A DNA stretch of 64,000 nucleotides from Nitrosomonas sp. (GTDB taxonomy: Bacteria; Pseudomonadota; Gammaproteobacteria; Burkholderiales; Nitrosomonadaceae). The stretch covers positions 640 to 64,639 of the forward strand of contig JBIQJX010000005.1 in NCBI GenBank assembly GCA_044507105.1. Direction: 5' to 3'. Made by a program: the position numbers and the translations under genes. The notes beneath the pieces are model-generated. The model was not told where the DNA came from. It ran no database searches and saw only the letters and a list, made by a program, of their open reading frames with translations. Positions 59,846-64,000 of this stretch are shown piece by piece (position 1 is the first letter of the stretch; every line of letters starts with the position of its first letter).

Positions 59846-60046
59846 TTAGTCTTCCTGTTTTAAGGCGTTGCATTGATCAATGAACGCCTGCCGTTCAGCT
59901 TCGTTATTTTTGAAGGCTGTAAGTGCTTTCTCCATCCCTCTTCCTGAGCAATTCACCGAATTAACTTCGGGAACTCCGTCACAAGCGGCCAAAGTGACAC
60001 TGAGGCCAATGATACAAACAGCATAATATTTATTAAGATTCTTCAT
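59846..60046 (-). CDS. Small lipoprotein resembling entry-exclusion lipoprotein TrbK
   Basis: AAGGA RBS; lipobox LAAC with Asp+2; PEVN-x-x-NC...RQAF-x-x-x-C two-Cys pattern. Confidence 0.68.
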   Translation of the reverse strand: MKNLNKYYAVCIIGLSVTLAACDGVPEVNSVNCSGRGMEKALTAFKNNEAERQAFIDQCNALKQED

Positions 60047-60600
60047 CTGAAATTCCTTCTTGTAAAAGATTTTGTTGCAGTCTGAGGTATATACATACCG
60101 TATTTTTGATTACTCAACCCTGGCTGATTTTTAGTGTTAGCTGATTACACGATGATTCTACCTGAATTCTGATGGTATGAATTTTTTTCAAGTTTTTCCT
60201 TTTTCCTGGAATCTGTTCAAATTTTTACTACGTGAAGCGAGTCCGATTCCCTGGAAATAATACCTGTTTACCTGCGCGCTGTCAGCCGTAAACAGCTCGA
60301 GAAGGTTAACGTGCTGTTCGAAGCCTTATTTGTTGAATATTTTGCACCTCATTTTTTACTGCTGTCCGCGGAATTAAAAATTACTTTTATGAGAAAAAAT
60401 TGATTTCATCATAAAGAAAGCGCGTGAAAACTGTCAGGTCTTTGTCTATTTGTCCGTTTTGGGTCGTAATATTATGTGCTGGCACAGGGGAGCCGTCGAT
60501 GGAAATGGAAATTTCATTTGGCAATTTTCTTATGTTTGAGGAATATGGAATAGAATGTTTCAGGATATAGGAATTTCAATCAATATTTACGGGAGATAGT

Positions 60601-61059
60601 ATGTACCAGAAAATCCTGGTGCCAATTGATGGCAGTCCGACTTCAAAGCATGCCCTGCAGGAAGCAATCAGACTGGCCCGATCACTGGGTGCCCAACTGG
60701 AACTCGTACATATTTACGAAGATATTATCTATCTGATCGGTGAAGACTATATCAATTACGAAGAATTGCAGAAAACGGTTCGCAGTTGTGGAGAAAAAAT
60801 GCTGGCAGATGCTGAGGCTCAGGTCAGGATGTCAGATATAGAAGTGGAGACCCGACTGATATCAGCAGGCAATGAACGTGTTGCAGATGTTATTGTGACG
60901 GAAGCTGAGCGCTGGCAGGCCGAATTGATCGTCCTGGGTACTCACGGCCATTCGGGTTTCAGTCGCCTGTTGCTTGGCAGTGTTGCAGAAGGTGTGGCGC
61001 GGGCTGCATCAATACCTGTACTGCTGATTCGTGGAACAGCCAGTGTATCCTCTCGATAG
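60601..61059 (+). CDS. Universal stress protein
   Basis: YQKILVPIDGS, LIVLGTHG..G..RLLLGSVAE. Confidence 0.95.
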   Translation: MYQKILVPIDGSPTSKHALQEAIRLARSLGAQLELVHIYEDIIYLIGEDYINYEELQKTVRSCGEKMLADAEAQVRMSDIEVETRLISAGNERVADVIVTEAERWQAELIVLGTHGHSGFSRLLLGSVAEGVARAASIPVLLIRGTASVSSR

Positions 61060-61090
61060 TGGAATGACCATTGCAGATGGGTTTCTGGGC

Positions 61091-61132
61091 GGCAGGGAAT
61101 CTGGCATATTTTTCAGAGATTCCCTGTCTTTT
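61091..61132. terminator. Stem-loop between convergent usp and adh
   Basis: CAGGGAATCT...AGATTCCCTG followed by TCTTTT. Confidence 0.55.
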
Positions 61133-61158
61133 GCATATATTCGTGATGTTACGGAAAT

Positions 61159-62208
61159 TTATGAAGGGGTAATGGCTATTTTGAGTACACCATCACGCTG
61201 GTTGGCGAACAGCTCATAAGCTTCTTCGATCTGATCGAGTTTGAAGCGGTGTGTGACCAATGGTCGCAGATCTGCCCGTTCAGCGGCCAGGACGTTCATC
61301 AGCCGACGCATTCGTTCCTTACCGCCAGGGCACAGAGTCGTCATGATAGTGTGATCACCGAGCCCGGCTGCGAAAGCATCCAGTGGCAACGTGAGTTTGC
61401 CTGAATAGACCCCCAGACTGGAGAGTACACCACCCGGTCGCAATACGCGCAGACAATTTTCGAATGTTGTTTGGGTGCCGAGAGCTTCAACGGCGACATC
61501 CACTCCGCGTCCGTTGGTAGCTTCCAGAATCACTTCGACCGGATCACGTTCCTGATAATTGATCGTCACATCAGCTCCCAAGTTGCGCGCCATGGCGAGT
61601 CGTTCCGGCAATGCATCCACTGCAAAGATCCGGGTTGCTCCCATTAGTTTTGCTCCGGCGGTTGCACACAACCCAATCGGTCCTTGGGCAAATACTGCGA
61701 CGGTATCGCCGACCCGGATTCGGCCACTTTCTACGCCACCAAAGCCGGTGCTCATGATATCAGGACACATTAGCACCTGCTCATCGGTCAGGTGATCGGG
61801 AATCGGTGCCAAGTTGGCCATGGCATCCGGTATCAGCACGTATTCTGCCTGACAGCCGTCAATGGTATTGCCGAGCCGCCAGCCTCCCATGACTTTGCCC
61901 CCACACTGCGACTGATGCCCATCCAGACACGGATGACATTGCCCACAGGGAGTGATGGCGCCGGCAATTACCCGCTGTCCTATCTCGTATCCCGAGACTG
62001 CCTCACCCAGCTCCGCGATGACGCCTACCGGTTCATGGCCTATGGTCAGTCCAGGGATGACCGGATACTCGCCTTTGAGAATATGTATATCAGTTCCGCA
62101 GATAGTGGTAGTCGTGACCTGCAATAGTGCGTCACGCGGTCCCACTTTAGGAATGGGCTTTTCCTCGAGAACAATACGGCCCGGTTCCACGAAGACGGCC
62201 GCTTTCAT
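61159..62208 (-). CDS. Zinc-dependent NAD(P) alcohol dehydrogenase (MDR family; ORF open from 62259)
   Basis: ICGTD, GHE.VG, CGQCHPC...C structural Zn, QGPIG. Confidence 0.93.
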   Translation of the reverse strand: MKAAVFVEPGRIVLEEKPIPKVGPRDALLQVTTTTICGTDIHILKGEYPVIPGLTIGHEPVGVIAELGEAVSGYEIGQRVIAGAITPCGQCHPCLDGHQSQCGGKVMGGWRLGNTIDGCQAEYVLIPDAMANLAPIPDHLTDEQVLMCPDIMSTGFGGVESGRIRVGDTVAVFAQGPIGLCATAGAKLMGATRIFAVDALPERLAMARNLGADVTINYQERDPVEVILEATNGRGVDVAVEALGTQTTFENCLRVLRPGGVLSSLGVYSGKLTLPLDAFAAGLGDHTIMTTLCPGGKERMRRLMNVLAAERADLRPLVTHRFKLDQIEEAYELFANQRDGVLKIAITPS

Positions 62209-62561
62209 TGTACGACCGCTTTTTTGTATCTGTGTTGCCCCTGAATTTATCATATTCATTCCCCTGAATTAGTCTGTCGGTTCCGGCCACGGAAAAGCCG
62301 GGGCTGCGAATGTCTATCTCTGACTGTGCTGGGCGTCGTCGAAAAGCTTTTTGTAACAATCCATATTGCCATTGTCGCATTAAAAAGGGGTTAAAATGTT
62401 TATAGCATGCAGGATTACGCTGTTGGTCTGTTTTTTGTCCGGTGAGGGTTCTTGTTTATCACTTCCTGCTTGTACAAGATTCGAAGAGTCAGGTTGATCA
62501 GACAAGAACCCGGGGTATTTCAAGTTGTCCATAAATTTTATCGAGTAAATATCAGAGAGCC

Positions 62562-63899
62562 ATGAAAATCATTATTGCGACAATAACTGGTTTGATAATG
62601 ATTGTAGCAATCTTTGCAATGGAGAAAGCCGTAATGTCCAGTTCTGTCAAGCCCGGCCAATTAGCCGAAGGGAATGCAGATTTTATCGTTCTGGGAATGG
62701 GTTGCTTCTGGGGAGCCGAGAAGCGCATGGGAGAAATCCCGGGTGTATTGGATGTGGAAAGTGGTTATGCGGGAGGTGATCTGCCTGACGCGACCTACCA
62801 GCAGATTCTGAGCCATGAAAGAGCTTTGCGGGCAGGCAGAGCGTCAGGACGCAATCATGCCGAAGTGGTAAAAGTGACTTTTGATCCGGAACAACTGTCA
62901 CTGGAGAACGTGCTGGCAAAATTCTGGGAAAATCATAACCCCACCCAGGGCGATCGCCAAGGGAACGATATCGGCAGCAATTACCGAAGTGCTATCTATT
63001 ATCAGAATGAGGCGCAGAAGTCTCTGGCACTGGCCACGCGGGAAGTTTATCAGCGGGCGCTGGACGCCGCAGGGTATGGCCCGATTACGACTGAAATCCT
63101 GCCATTGAAGCATTACCTCACAGCTGAAGAGTATCATCAGGATTATCTGAAAAAGAATCCTGATGGGTATTGTGGCCTGGGGGGTACGGGCGTGAAATAT
63201 TCGGCATTGGCGCAGAAAGCTGTGCAAGGCAGTGCATCACCTGATGCAGCAACTGATCTTACGTTGCCGCTGAAGGGCGAAGAGCTGAATTTTGCCCGGC
63301 AGCTGGTGATTTTCGAATCTGAAAATTGTGAATTCTGTGAACAGTTCGACCAGGATATTCTTCAGCACTGGCAAGCGGAAATTCCTGTCGCCGTAACGCT
63401 CAATACAAATCCTCCTGCGGGCTGGTCGCTGGAAAAACCATTGTTTGCCGCTCCCACTATTGTATTGTTCGAGGAGGGTAAAGAAATAACCCGTTATACC
63501 GGCTATAACGGGGAGAGGGAAAATTTCTGGCAATGGCTGGGATTCCAGCTTTTGTCGCCGGAGCAGCAAAAAATTGCTTTTCAGCAGGGGACAGAGCCGC
63601 CATTTACTGCTTCCAATCTGGATGAAAAGCGCCCCGGAAGATTCGTTGATCCCATTACCGGTGCCACGCTGTTTCTCAGCGGGAAAAAATTTGACAGTAA
63701 GACAGGTTGGCCCAGCTTTTTTGAACCTGTTGAGGGATCCGTGACATTCCACCAAGATAATTCGGATTACATGCAGCGGATTGAGGTTCGCAGTGCCAGT
63801 TCGGGTATCCACTTGGGGCATGTGTTTGATGATGGCCCGCCCCCTACTTTCAAACGCTATTGTATCAATGGCAATGTATTGAAATTTATTCCGGACTGA
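62562..63899 (+). CDS. msrAB: Exported methionine sulfoxide reductase fusion MsrA-(thioredoxin-like)-MsrB
   Basis: N-terminal hydrophobic segment; GCFWG, AEEYHQDY, GYC (MsrA); CEFC..APT (Trx-like); GWPSF, HLGHVF, RYCIN (MsrB). Confidence 0.9.
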   Translation: MKIIIATITGLIMIVAIFAMEKAVMSSSVKPGQLAEGNADFIVLGMGCFWGAEKRMGEIPGVLDVESGYAGGDLPDATYQQILSHERALRAGRASGRNHAEVVKVTFDPEQLSLENVLAKFWENHNPTQGDRQGNDIGSNYRSAIYYQNEAQKSLALATREVYQRALDAAGYGPITTEILPLKHYLTAEEYHQDYLKKNPDGYCGLGGTGVKYSALAQKAVQGSASPDAATDLTLPLKGEELNFARQLVIFESENCEFCEQFDQDILQHWQAEIPVAVTLNTNPPAGWSLEKPLFAAPTIVLFEEGKEITRYTGYNGERENFWQWLGFQLLSPEQQKIAFQQGTEPPFTASNLDEKRPGRFVDPITGATLFLSGKKFDSKTGWPSFFEPVEGSVTFHQDNSDYMQRIEVRSASSGIHLGHVFDDGPPPTFKRYCINGNVLKFIPD

Positions 63900-63916
63900 T
63901 CTTCTGTAAATAATTT

Positions 63917-63962
63917 GTGAAACCGCAGTGGGATGCCCGGGCGCGTGCCACTGCGGTTTCAC
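63917..63962. repeat. 15-bp perfect inverted repeat (terminator or REP-like hairpin)
   Basis: GTGAAACCGCAGTGG-16 nt-CCACTGCGGTTTCAC. Confidence 0.7.
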
Positions 63963-64000
63963 CGAATAGGGCCAATACTTCATCTTCATCCCACCAGTAC

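Noticed and set aside
60400..60413. FNR-like site upstream of usp
   Set aside because: TTGAT-N3-ATCAT has the wrong spacing and a mismatch relative to TTGAT-N4-ATCAA

Overview
Mostly core chromosome of a betaproteobacterium; gene content and order suggest Nitrosomonas or a relative (inference). Core genes: ftsB(partial)-eno-pyrG, sdhCDA (no sdhB; an exported ankyrin-repeat gene follows instead), ftsK-lolA-rarA, lolCD, accA-tilS-rfbBD, an aa3-type cytochrome c oxidase cluster, pilH-pilI-argB, yhbY/rlmE-ftsH-folP-glmM-pstS, cysG, ggt-xseB-ispA-dxs-folE2 and tRNA-Asn. Metal-handling modules are prominent: zur divergent from a ZevAB-like pair with a perfect Zur-box palindrome, yccA-copA-copZ divergent from the cox operon, and a copAB multicopper oxidase pair. 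There are two accessory patches. One (37.6-43.8 kb) is an MBOAT+SGNH acyltransferase cassette between decayed IS481/IS630/IS5 fragments, next to copAB. The other lies downstream of tRNA-Asn and holds an orphan TrbK-like entry-exclusion lipoprotein, a USP, a Zn-ADH and an exported MsrA-thioredoxin-MsrB fusion. No CRISPR array, rRNA or intact transposase/integrase was seen. All calls are from motif recognition by eye, without database searches.
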